Shown here one piece after another: positions 1 to 7,979 of a stretch of 32,000 bases of DNA. The stretch lies in contig NZ_LGHJ01000009.1 of the NCBI RefSeq assembly GCF_001306055.1, positions 1 to 32,000 of the forward strand, read 5' to 3'. The notes beneath the pieces are model-generated. The model worked only from the letters and a program-made list of their open reading frames with translations. It was not told the DNA's origin and did not search any database. The stretch's first letter is position 1. Every line of letters starts with the position of its first letter. Source of the stretch: Bellilinea caldifistulae. Its GTDB lineage: Bacteria; Chloroflexota; Anaerolineae; Anaerolineales; Anaerolineaceae. The translations under genes were made by a program, and so were the position numbers.

Positions 1-369
1 GAGACCTATGCGGCGGATAAAGGCTATGATGACGGCAACAATCACTTCTATTTAGAACTGCACGGCTTACACTCGGCAATTCGCTTGAAAAAGACGCGCA
101 CGCAGAAGAAAGACGCCAACAAAGACAGCTGGCTGGCCTTGGAGCAGACCCAACCGTACCGTCAAGGCTTGAAACAGCGCTACAAAATCGAACGCAAATT
201 TGGGGAAGCCAAACAGTGGCATGGGTTGGGACGCTGCCGGTATTTGGGAAAAATGGGCTTTGCGGTGCAAGCCTTTTTGACGGCGATAGCGCTCAACTTG
301 AAACGAATGGTCAAGCTCCTGTTTGGCGTCGGGTTCAAAACCCCGGCTGGGGCCGCCATCCAAGGGTGA
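1..369 (+). mobile_element. 3' part of an IS4/IS5-superfamily (IS5/IS1182-like) DDE transposase gene, truncated by the window edge
   Basis: Frame 1 is open from nt 1 to TGA 367-369 (ETYAADKGYDDGNNH...YKIERKFGEAKQWHGLGRCRYLGKMGFAVQAFLTAIALNLKRMVKLL). The ADKGYD block and the IER.FG..K...G..R.RY.G tail followed by NLKR are the typical C-terminal Asp/Glu signature of DDE_Tnp_1-type transposases. The IS terminus cannot be defined without the other end. Confidence 0.75.
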
Positions 370-572
370 ACTCCCATGCGGAGGGTGAAGTGTCGCTGGT
401 GGTCAAAAATCCAGAAAAAATGGAAGTGAAGAGGTCAAATCAAGATACACAGCCCCTTTATTTTAGGGTGGATACCCCATCGGGTGCGGCTTTTCCACCC
501 CTCAAACAGCCTGCTCGGCGTATTACGCTTGATTTTTCAACTCTCTCCAATCCATCAATTTGGAGGAAAAAA

Positions 573-1007
573 ATGACTACGATAACGGTTAGCACAAGTT
601 CTTCAAAGTCCGTCGTCAACGGCATTATCGGCGGTCTGGCAGGCGGCGTGGTCTTTGGCATCATGATGGCAATGATGGGCATGCTGCCGATGGTCAGCAT
701 GCTGGTACGACAGGACAACGCTGTAATTGGATTCATCGTTCACATGGGCATCAGCGCTTTCATTGGTGCGGTTTACGGTTTTGTGATCGCTCGCTTCCCC
801 AATCAGCTATCCACTGCATTTCTTGGAGGAGCACTCAACGGTATCGTATGGTGGGTGTTGGGAGCTTTGATCATGATGCCGCTGATGCTGGGGATGAATG
901 ATATGGTGTTTGTCATTGGGCAAGCCCAGTGGATGAGCCTGCTGGGACACTTGATCTACGGCGTGATTGCCGGTTTGATTTATTATCGGCTTTCCCCGAA
1001 AAGTTGA
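573..1007 (+). CDS. small integral membrane protein (about 4 TM helices, internal 2+2 repeat), function unknown
   Basis: ATG 573 lies 6 nt after GGAGG (562-566). The longer ORF from 216 overlaps the transposase frame and has no coding-like composition. The product is Gly/Ile/Met-rich with four hydrophobic segments, and the two halves resemble each other (GIIGGLAGGVVFGIMMAMMGM / FLGGALNGIVWWVLGALIMM). Confidence 0.7.
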   Translation: MTTITVSTSSSKSVVNGIIGGLAGGVVFGIMMAMMGMLPMVSMLVRQDNAVIGFIVHMGISAFIGAVYGFVIARFPNQLSTAFLGGALNGIVWWVLGALIMMPLMLGMNDMVFVIGQAQWMSLLGHLIYGVIAGLIYYRLSPKS

Positions 1008-1020
1008 CCTTTTATCAATT

Positions 1021-1061
1021 GAGCCACTCCCGCTGTATGGAAGCGTCAGCGGGAGTGGCTC
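1021..1061. terminator. perfect 15-bp GC-rich inverted repeat between convergent genes (likely bidirectional terminator)
   Basis: GAGCCACTCCCGCTG (1021-1035) pairs with CAGCGGGAGTGGCTC (1047-1061) around an 11-nt loop. On the plus strand it is followed by GCTTTAT. It lies between the stop of the + gene (1007) and the stop of the - gene (1108). Confidence 0.65.
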
Positions 1062-1107
1062 GCTTTATCCCATTTCACGGGGGTTGTTTTTAACTGAAAG
1101 ATAAGCA

Positions 1108-2142
1108 TCAACCAAAGTTCTTCATTTTCAAGAATACCCTGACCACATCCGGATCGAAATGAGTGCCGGCTTGTTTATGGATATATTCTAAGGTGCGTTC
1201 TTCACTCCACGGCTCAGGGCGATACGGCCGGCTGGATCGCAGGGCATCATACACATCAATGACCGCAAAAATACGCGCCTCCAGCGGAATCTGTTCCCCT
1301 TTCAAACCACGCGGATATCCGCTCCCGTCCCATTTTTCATGATGGCAGTAAGGAATGGGGATGGCCGGGCGCAGGTAATCAATCTGGCGCAACAGTTGTT
1401 CGGCATACGCCGGATGGCGGCGCATAATCTCCCATTCAGTTTCGTCAAGCGGGCCGGGTTTAAGCAAAATCGTATCACTGATCGCCATCTTGCCAATATC
1501 ATGCAGCAAAGCCCCGTGGCGCACGTTCAGCACCTCTTCCAGACAAAAACCCACCTCCAAAGCCAGCTGCACCGTGGTTTCGGCTACCCGCTGGGTGTGC
1601 CCGTGTGTTTCATAATCACGTAATTCCAGCGCTTTTGCCCAGCCTTCCAGCGTGTCGGTGAAGGATTGCTCCAGCATCAAATTTACGGCAACCAGTTCGT
1701 TTTGCACCTGTCGCCACTGGGACACATCCCGCAGCAGAACCTGGATCATCTCACGGCTGCCATTGGGGTAAGGCGCCAGGGTTAGAAAAACGGACAATGG
1801 CTCCCCAGCGGCCGATTTCATTTCGATTTCCAGCGGCCCCATGCGGCTGCGGCTGTATTTCATCAATTCCAGCAGCGAAACATAATCCGTCTGACAGACC
1901 GGCTCGATGAATTGGATCAACGGACTGCCGGTCAATTGCTGAGCCGGGCAAGCCAGTAGATTTTCCAACGCCGGGTTGGTGTGCTGGATGCAACCGTTCT
2001 CATCCAGCACACAGTAACCATCCAGCAAAATTTCCAGCAGATTCGGCGCAGGCAAACGAGCGGCTGCGCGCTGGCCGGTTTTCTGCCGCCAGTGAGTCAG
2101 TGCCGTAGAGCGGAAAGTGTTGGAGCGAAAGCGGGGGATCAT
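1108..2142 (-). CDS. PAS-domain HD-GYP protein (predicted c-di-GMP phosphodiesterase)
   Basis: The N-terminal half is PAS-like (LLEILLDGYCVLDENGCIQHTNPALENLL). The C-terminal half has HGHTQRV, LLHDIGKM and HHEKWDGSGYPRGL, which is the full HD...HHExxDGxGYP signature. Its ATG overlaps the cheW stop (ATGA at 2139-2142). Confidence 0.9.
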   Translation of the reverse strand: MIPRFRSNTFRSTALTHWRQKTGQRAAARLPAPNLLEILLDGYCVLDENGCIQHTNPALENLLACPAQQLTGSPLIQFIEPVCQTDYVSLLELMKYSRSRMGPLEIEMKSAAGEPLSVFLTLAPYPNGSREMIQVLLRDVSQWRQVQNELVAVNLMLEQSFTDTLEGWAKALELRDYETHGHTQRVAETTVQLALEVGFCLEEVLNVRHGALLHDIGKMAISDTILLKPGPLDETEWEIMRRHPAYAEQLLRQIDYLRPAIPIPYCHHEKWDGSGYPRGLKGEQIPLEARIFAVIDVYDALRSSRPYRPEPWSEERTLEYIHKQAGTHFDPDVVRVFLKMKNFG

Positions 2143-2588
2143 GCCATTACCGTTAAAGCTTCCCGCTCCTCAGTAGAGAGCACCTTGCCCAAATCCAGCA
2201 GGATAACCAGTTCGCTCTCTAATTTGGCAATGTTTTTGATGAAGGCCGAATTGATCGTTACCGACATCTGCGGCGGGGGTTCGATTTTGTCCTCCGGCAC
2301 CCGAATCACCTGAGTAACAGCGTCAACGATGATGCCAACCTTGCTGGAGTCCATGTTGGCAATCACAATCCGGGTATCGCGGGTCGGCTCTTTGCGCGGC
2401 AAACCAAACCGCGTGCGCAGATCCACCACCGGCACAATCGTCCCGCGCAGATTGGTAATTCCCTCGATGAATTCCGGGGCATGCGGCAAGCGAGTGATTT
2501 CCTGCATTTTGATAATGCCTTCAACCGAGGCAATATCCACACCGTATTTTTCGTTTTCCAGTTCAAAAACCACCAGTTGATGTTCCAT
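2139..2588 (-). CDS. cheW: chemotaxis coupling protein CheW
   Basis: The 149-aa product begins MEHQLVVFELENEKYGVDIASVEGIIKMQEITRLPHAPEFIEGITNLRGTIVPVVDLRTRFGL, a classic CheW fold sequence. An AAAGGAG RBS lies upstream. Confidence 0.95.
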   Translation of the reverse strand: MEHQLVVFELENEKYGVDIASVEGIIKMQEITRLPHAPEFIEGITNLRGTIVPVVDLRTRFGLPRKEPTRDTRIVIANMDSSKVGIIVDAVTQVIRVPEDKIEPPPQMSVTINSAFIKNIAKLESELVILLDLGKVLSTEEREALTVMA

Positions 2589-2628
2589 TGCTGATTACAC
2601 TCCTTTCTTTACATTTTTTTGATCAAAG

Positions 2629-3147
2629 TTATCCACTGACGGCTTTAGCGCTGGGAACCGCAATTTGGGGCGTTTTCAAGCCGCGCTTCCCCTCGCGCAG
2701 TGCCAGATGAATTTCAACCGAACCGGCATCGGTTACCAACGGTACAACCAGCCGCGGATAATCCAGCGTTGAAATAGAAGCGCCTTTGCCGAGGATCAGG
2801 GAAGGCGTCGAAATGTTCGACTCGTAGCCGTTTTCCGAAAGTTTCATGCTCGCCCGCCCGGTGATGACATTGCCAATTTCAGCAATGCCCGATTGCGCCA
2901 GCCCATCCAGCTCGATCAGCGATTCTCCCATCATAATGGAAGCAAAACGCACGGCAGCCGAGCGGTTCATGCTGTAAAACACGGTGCCTTCAACCGCCCC
3001 CACCAGCGAAAGGATGACCGTCACATCATCCGTGACATACATCCCCTGTTCCAGACGCAGTTCGCCACGGCTGATTTCCATACCGGTTTCAGCACGCAGC
3101 ACCTCGTAAGCCGCTTCCACAAAAGGATTGAGAAACTTAACGTTCAT
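2629..3147 (-). CDS. cheX: CheX-type CheY-P phosphatase (CheC/CheX/FliY family), paralog A
   Basis: The 172-aa product starts MNVKFLNPFVEAA. It has a single S-x3-E-x2-N active-site motif (SGIAEIGNVITG). A GAAAGGA RBS lies 5 nt upstream. Confidence 0.85.
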   Translation of the reverse strand: MNVKFLNPFVEAAYEVLRAETGMEISRGELRLEQGMYVTDDVTVILSLVGAVEGTVFYSMNRSAAVRFASIMMGESLIELDGLAQSGIAEIGNVITGRASMKLSENGYESNISTPSLILGKGASISTLDYPRLVVPLVTDAGSVEIHLALREGKRGLKTPQIAVPSAKAVSG

Positions 3148-3163
3148 GGCAAATCCTTTCTGC

Positions 3164-3679
3164 TCAACTGCCTTTAGCCGCAGGGGTCAGCGCAACAAAT
3201 TCTTCCAGCTTCCCATTGCGGTTCTCGCGCAAGGCCAGGTGAACGGTTAACTCACCCAGATTGGTCTGCAACGGTACCACAATGCGCGGGAAGTCGAGGG
3301 TGGAGATCTGAATCCCCTTACCGCTGATCAGGGTTGGCGGTGAGATATTGGACGCATAACCAGCCTGCGAGAACTTGATCGTCGCCCGCCCGGAAATGAC
3401 ATTGCCCAGTTCGGCAACACCGCTCTGCGCCAGCGAGTCAAACTCGGTAAATTCCTGCCCCAAAATTTGCGTCACAAAACGGATGCCGGTTTCGGTGTTC
3501 ATCCCGTACATGACCACACCGTAAACCTGCCCGACCAGATGAATCAGCACGGTGACATCATCGGTGGTCAGCGCAGATTGATGCAGGGAAAGACTGCCGC
3601 GCTGGACATTGACGCCGATTTCGGCCTTCAACACTTCTACGGCTGCTTCTACAAAGGGGTTCAAAAACTTAACATCCAT
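3164..3679 (-). CDS. cheX: CheX-type CheY-P phosphatase, paralog B (tandem duplicate)
   Basis: The start was chosen at ATG 3679 (MDVKFLNPFVEAA) because GAGGAGG lies 9 nt upstream. The ATG at 3697 overlaps that RBS. The active-site motif SGVAELGNVISG is intact. The product is colinear with paralog A over its full length. Confidence 0.85.
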   Translation of the reverse strand: MDVKFLNPFVEAAVEVLKAEIGVNVQRGSLSLHQSALTTDDVTVLIHLVGQVYGVVMYGMNTETGIRFVTQILGQEFTEFDSLAQSGVAELGNVISGRATIKFSQAGYASNISPPTLISGKGIQISTLDFPRIVVPLQTNLGELTVHLALRENRNGKLEEFVALTPAAKGS

Positions 3680-3713
3680 ACATTCAAGCCTCCTCAATCA
3701 CCGCACGGCCAAT

Positions 3714-4568
3714 TCATCCGGCGCCGGGCAGTGTAATTAACATCTCCGCCATTTCGATTTGATCCATTACGGTTGAAACCAGTTCTTCCTGTTCGACTTC
3801 CGTCAGGTTAAGAGCCGCCACAGCGCGTTCATCCAACGCATATTGCAGCCCATCCCTCCCCACCCCAATTCCCAACATCATCATGATGCTATCACCGATA
3901 TGGACGGCATAGGCCTGAGCCTGATACGGCCCGGCAGCTGCCGGGTTGTGATGATGAGCAATGACTGCCACCAATCCCTCCGGTAATCGCCAGCGACGCG
4001 CCATCTCGGCCCCCAGCATGGCATGATCAATTCCAAAATAAGAGCGCTCAATCTCCAAAAACGAGGCTGACTGCCACTCGTTCAAACTGAACACCATGCT
4101 GCGCAGTAATTTTTCCAGTGCCAGTTTTCCAATATCACTGAGCAAACCGGCAAAATAAAACTCCTCGATATTCTTCCACTGGCGCTTCTGGGCAATGGTT
4201 CTGGCACAAATTGCCACACCCAGCGAATGTCTCCACAGTTCACCTTTACGTAGTTCGTAACCGGGCAGCGGGCGGTTAAGAAAACTACCCAAACTGGCTG
4301 CCAGAATAATCTCATACAGCGCCTGTAAGCCGATGACCACGACCGCCTGATGCACGGTGGCAATCCGGTTGGGCATTCCGTAAAATGCCGAATTGGCCAC
4401 CCGCAGCACCACACCGGAAAGCACCTGATCCACCGCCAACACATCCGCCACAGCGCTCAGATTGCAATCGGGTGAGCGCATCAGTTCCAGCGCCCGCTGG
4501 GAGGCTTGCGGCAGCGGGGGCAGTTTGCCCGCTTCTCGAATCAGGTCGTCCAGTGTGTAACGCATCAT
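3714..4568 (-). CDS. stand-alone HDOD-domain protein (paralog 1)
   Basis: The 284-aa product has LPPLPQASQRALELMRSPDCNLSAVADVLAVDQVLSGVVLRVANSAFYG, then WRHSLGVA, LLSDIGKL, GIDHAMLG and AHHHNP. This is the HDOD layout, with the HD dyad changed to SD. An AAGAGG RBS follows directly after the cheR stop. Confidence 0.85.
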   Translation of the reverse strand: MMRYTLDDLIREAGKLPPLPQASQRALELMRSPDCNLSAVADVLAVDQVLSGVVLRVANSAFYGMPNRIATVHQAVVVIGLQALYEIILAASLGSFLNRPLPGYELRKGELWRHSLGVAICARTIAQKRQWKNIEEFYFAGLLSDIGKLALEKLLRSMVFSLNEWQSASFLEIERSYFGIDHAMLGAEMARRWRLPEGLVAVIAHHHNPAAAGPYQAQAYAVHIGDSIMMMLGIGVGRDGLQYALDERAVAALNLTEVEQEELVSTVMDQIEMAEMLITLPGAG

Positions 4569-4577
4569 TTTGACCTC

Positions 4578-5375
4578 TTATTCCTTCATGTAAAAGGAAA
4601 TGCCGGCGTTGCGGAAACCCAGCTCAGATGGGCGCGGCATGATTTCCGTCCCGCCCAAGAACAAGACACCGCCGGGACGCAGCGCCTCATGGAACTTGCG
4701 GTAAAGCAGGGTTTTGGCTTCGTTGGTGAAGTAGATAATGACATTGCGGCAAACGATCAGGTCAAAACCGCTTTCGAAAGGGTCATTGAGCAGATTTTGC
4801 TCGCGGAAAGTCACTTTACGCACCACCTCCGGTTTCACGAAGAAGGGTGGCGACGGGGAAAGAAACCGGATACGTTGCTCAGGGGTAAGATTACGGGCTT
4901 CTTCAGCCAGATACGGCCCGCCGGCTCGGGCTCTGGTCAGCGCGCCGCGATCAAGGTCACTGGCTAACAGATAGTGGGATTTCCCCGGAGCGGCCTCTTC
5001 CAGCAGAATCGCCAGCGTGTAGGCTTCCACACCCACCGAACAACCGGCGCTCCACACCCGCAAATTGCCACGCCGCTGCGGGTCACGCTCGGATTCGGCC
5101 AGCAAACGCGGCAAGATATCCCGCCGCAGCGCAGCCCAACGTTCGGGATCGCGGAAAAACTCGGTGACATTGATGGTCAGGTAATTGCGGAATTTTTCTA
5201 GCTCATCTTTGTTTTCGCGCAGCAGAGAAAAGTAATCGTTCCAGGAGGAAGCCCGCGAACGCGCCAGCCACGAGTCCAGTCGGCGTTTCATCTGCTCTTC
5301 TTTATAATGATTCAAGTCAATATTGAGCAAACTTTTGACCGAGGTTTTGATTTGGGCATAGATTTCGGCTTCCAT
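4578..5375 (-). CDS. cheR: chemotaxis protein methyltransferase CheR
   Basis: Contains TINVTEFFRD and VWSAGCSVGVEAYTLAILL motifs in a 265-aa product. Confidence 0.95.
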   Translation of the reverse strand: MEAEIYAQIKTSVKSLLNIDLNHYKEEQMKRRLDSWLARSRASSWNDYFSLLRENKDELEKFRNYLTINVTEFFRDPERWAALRRDILPRLLAESERDPQRRGNLRVWSAGCSVGVEAYTLAILLEEAAPGKSHYLLASDLDRGALTRARAGGPYLAEEARNLTPEQRIRFLSPSPPFFVKPEVVRKVTFREQNLLNDPFESGFDLIVCRNVIIYFTNEAKTLLYRKFHEALRPGGVLFLGGTEIMPRPSELGFRNAGISFYMKE

Positions 5376-5381
5376 ACTCCC

Positions 5382-6485
5382 TTAACTCCCGCTCAAAGTC
5401 AAAAGGTTTTCTCGAACGGCTTTTTGAATGGCGTCGGCTACATCCGTCAGCGGCGCGACCACATCCACGGCTTGCTTCTCCAACACGCTGCGCGGCATCC
5501 CCCACACCACACAGGTTGACTCATGTTCGGCAATCACCGTCCCGCCCAGACTGTGTAGCAAGACCGACCCGTTTGTCCCGTCGCTGCCCATGCCGGTCAA
5601 AATAACCGAGATGACTCGTTTTCCGTAACGCTGAACCAGCGAGGTGAGGGTCACATCAATGGCCGGACGGACACCGTGTACCGGGCTGTTCTGGTTGAGG
5701 GCAATTTGCTCATTTTCATCCAGCACCATGTGAAATCCGCCCGGCGCAAGCAGCGCCTGACCCGCCATCAGGCGGTCGCCTGGCTGGGCTTCGCGCACCA
5801 GCAGTTTTGATAGACCGTTGAGCCGTTCTGCCAGCGAATGAGTGAACCCGGCCGGCATGTGCTGGACAATCACCACCGCCGCCGGTAAATCCGCCGGTAA
5901 AGCCGTCACCACCTCATTGAGCGCCCGTGGTCCACCGGTGGAACTGCCAATCACCACAATCGGTTCGTTCGGTCGCAACGGGCGCACCGGTTTTTCTGCC
6001 ACTGGTTTGTTTTGCGAAACAGAACGCACCAGGGCAAATGGGCGCACCCGCGCACTGGCTGCGCGCTTGATCTTGGCAGCAGCCTCATCCATCACGGTTT
6101 GGATGTCCAATTGGCGGTCCGGTTTGGTGATGAAATCCACCGCCCCCAATGTCAAAGCCTGAATGGTGGTTACTGCGCCCTCGCGCGTCAGGCTGCTCAA
6201 CATCACTACCGGGCGGGGAAAGCGCGTCATGATCTCCCGTAAAGTCGAAATGCCATCCAGACGCGGCATCTCCACATCCAGCGTCACCACATCCGGCTTG
6301 AGGGTGGGGATGAGCTCAAGGGCTTCCTGTCCGTCGCGGGCGGTTGCAATCACCTGAATGCCATCCCGCCCGTTGAGATGCTGGCTGATCGAAAAGCGCA
6401 TAAACGCCGAATCATCCACCACCAGTACCCGCACCGGTTGGGCAGTGGAAACCGAAGCATTCGAGGATGACGGCAGGGGTACCAT
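5382..6485 (-). CDS. cheB: chemotaxis response regulator protein-glutamate methylesterase CheB
   Basis: The N-terminal receiver has VLVVDDSAFMR and VVTLDVEMPRLDG. The C-terminal esterase domain has GSSTGGPRAL, VQHMPAGFT and GMGSDG. Confidence 0.95.
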   Translation of the reverse strand: MVPLPSSSNASVSTAQPVRVLVVDDSAFMRFSISQHLNGRDGIQVIATARDGQEALELIPTLKPDVVTLDVEMPRLDGISTLREIMTRFPRPVVMLSSLTREGAVTTIQALTLGAVDFITKPDRQLDIQTVMDEAAAKIKRAASARVRPFALVRSVSQNKPVAEKPVRPLRPNEPIVVIGSSTGGPRALNEVVTALPADLPAAVVIVQHMPAGFTHSLAERLNGLSKLLVREAQPGDRLMAGQALLAPGGFHMVLDENEQIALNQNSPVHGVRPAIDVTLTSLVQRYGKRVISVILTGMGSDGTNGSVLLHSLGGTVIAEHESTCVVWGMPRSVLEKQAVDVVAPLTDVADAIQKAVRENLLTLSGS

Positions 6486-6494
6486 GAAGAAAAC

Positions 6495-6851
6495 CTAGCC
6501 CGCCAGTTTGTGAATGGCGCTCATCACGCGGTCATGCTCGAACGGTTTGACGATGAAATCGCGCGCGCCGGATTTGACGGCTTCCAGCACCACCGATTCC
6601 TGCCCCAACGCAGTCAACATGACCACTTTGGCCTGCGAATCGAAGGCGCGAATCTCTTTTAACGCCGCCAGACCGTCCATTTCCGGCATGGTGATATCCA
6701 TCAGCACCACATCCGGGCGCACCTCTTTATATTTTTCTACCGCTTTGGCGCCGTTTTCCGCTTCATAGACCTCAAAACCCTGCCCGGTGAGCATTTTGAT
6801 GATCCGAACGCGGAGAAATTCAGCGTCATCCACAATGAGTATCTTGGTCAT
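6495..6851 (-). CDS. cheY: chemotaxis response regulator CheY
   Basis: The 118-aa single receiver domain has ILIVDDAEF, VLMDITMPEMDG, MLTALG and FIVKPF. It sits inside the che operon. Confidence 0.93.
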   Translation of the reverse strand: MTKILIVDDAEFLRVRIIKMLTGQGFEVYEAENGAKAVEKYKEVRPDVVLMDITMPEMDGLAALKEIRAFDSQAKVVMLTALGQESVVLEAVKSGARDFIVKPFEHDRVMSAIHKLAG

Positions 6852-6872
6852 TCGTCCTTCCTCCTGAAAATA

Positions 6873-7358
6873 TTACAAATCCTTTTCTACACCGCCGACC
6901 ACTCGTACGGTAACCCGTCCGGTAGCGACGTAAACTCGCACGGTTCGCCCGCTGTGACCGCCGGTTTCCTCCGCATGCAGCGGCAGGTTGAGACGTTGCA
7001 GCGTTTCATGCGCGCTTTCGATGTTCCGCGTGCCGACATCGAAGGTTTTGGAAAGTCCGGCAGTGGTCAACATGTTAGCCCCACCCACCATACGGATGAT
7101 CAAATTCCGCCGGTCTGCCCCGGCTTTCAGCATGGCATCCAACAAACCCTCAATCCCACTATCCACGTATTTGGCACAATATGGATCAGCCCCGTTCAAA
7201 CGGTGAGGTAAAACCGCGTGGAGCAAGCCGCAAATGTGGCGCTGCCTGTCCACCATGGTAATTCCCAGACACGACCCCAGCCCATAAGCCACCAGCACAT
7301 CCGCCGGATCGCTGGAAACGACCACCTCACCCAGATTCACGCTGATCGGTTCTTTCAT
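6873..7358 (-). CDS. cheD: chemoreceptor glutamine deamidase CheD
   Basis: The 161-aa product has GLGSCLGI (catalytic Cys) and LLHAVLP (His). Its start overlaps the cheC stop (ATGA at 7355-7358). Confidence 0.92.
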   Translation of the reverse strand: MKEPISVNLGEVVVSSDPADVLVAYGLGSCLGITMVDRQRHICGLLHAVLPHRLNGADPYCAKYVDSGIEGLLDAMLKAGADRRNLIIRMVGGANMLTTAGLSKTFDVGTRNIESAHETLQRLNLPLHAEETGGHSGRTVRVYVATGRVTVRVVGGVEKDL

Positions 7359-7969
7359 TCGCGCTTCTCAACCTGTCGCAGGGCTTGCAGGGACTGAGCA
7401 TCTGGGATGACCCAGAAATCGGTCAATACCGAGCGGCTGCCATCCTTAAAGCATGTCTGGATCAGCAATACCTGATCGCTGACCCCGCCAGTTGTGGCAA
7501 CGATGATGTCCAAAATCGCACCGACCATGTCCACCATCACTGCCGGCGGTGTGGGACGGATTTCACGCTTGAGCGCGTTAGCCACCGCATTCATAAAGAA
7601 GGTGCCGGTCATGTTACCCACCTCTCCCAGCGCGGAACGTTCCAGCGAGCCAAGAAAGGTTGTACTGCCTTCCGGCTGTTCCATCAGCAGATCCACCAGT
7701 TGAAAGGCTTTTTCCAGCGGCAGGATCATCATGATTTGAGCGTTGAAATCCCCCTCGGCGCGCAGGTAAATACCGACGGCTTCGTTTTCCGGACCGCCAA
7801 CCATCATTGGAATCTGAGTGAGCGGCACAACCTTGACATCCGGATCGCCGAATTCCAGTTTGTGACCCAGCAAGCCGGAGAACCCCCGCACGGCATTGTG
7901 AATGCCAATGGTCGTGATTGAACGCAGCGTGTCCACCAGTTTTTCATCAAACTCAATCGCGGTCGTCAT
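7355..7969 (-). CDS. cheC: CheY-P phosphatase CheC (first active site degenerate)
   Basis: The start was chosen at ATG 7969 (MTTAIEFDEKL), which has an AAAGGAG RBS and lies after the cheA stop at 7980. The second site SALGEVGNMTG is intact. The first site reads DTLRSITTIGIHNA where CheC normally has D..KEIGNIGAGNA. Confidence 0.88.
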   Translation of the reverse strand: MTTAIEFDEKLVDTLRSITTIGIHNAVRGFSGLLGHKLEFGDPDVKVVPLTQIPMMVGGPENEAVGIYLRAEGDFNAQIMMILPLEKAFQLVDLLMEQPEGSTTFLGSLERSALGEVGNMTGTFFMNAVANALKREIRPTPPAVMVDMVGAILDIIVATTGGVSDQVLLIQTCFKDGSRSVLTDFWVIPDAQSLQALRQVEKRE

Positions 7970-7979
7970 CTTGCTCCTT

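Noticed and set aside
216-572. N-terminal extension of the membrane-protein ORF (216..1007, 263 aa).
   Set aside because: The extension overlaps the transposase reading frame and the IS end, and it has a non-coding-like composition. ATG 573 has a GGAGG RBS, and the hydrophobic protein begins there.
983-990. Perfect sigma-28 -10 octamer GCCGATAA on the minus strand inside the 3' end of the membrane gene.
   Set aside because: The nearest TAAA is 19-20 nt upstream rather than 15. The element would also drive antisense transcription into a plus-strand gene. Probably a chance match.
2589-2628. TTGATCAA palindrome and A-run in the cheX-cheW spacer.
   Set aside because: It is an 8-bp palindrome only, with no stem-loop of meaningful stability. 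The spacer is explained by the cheW RBS (AAAGGAG).
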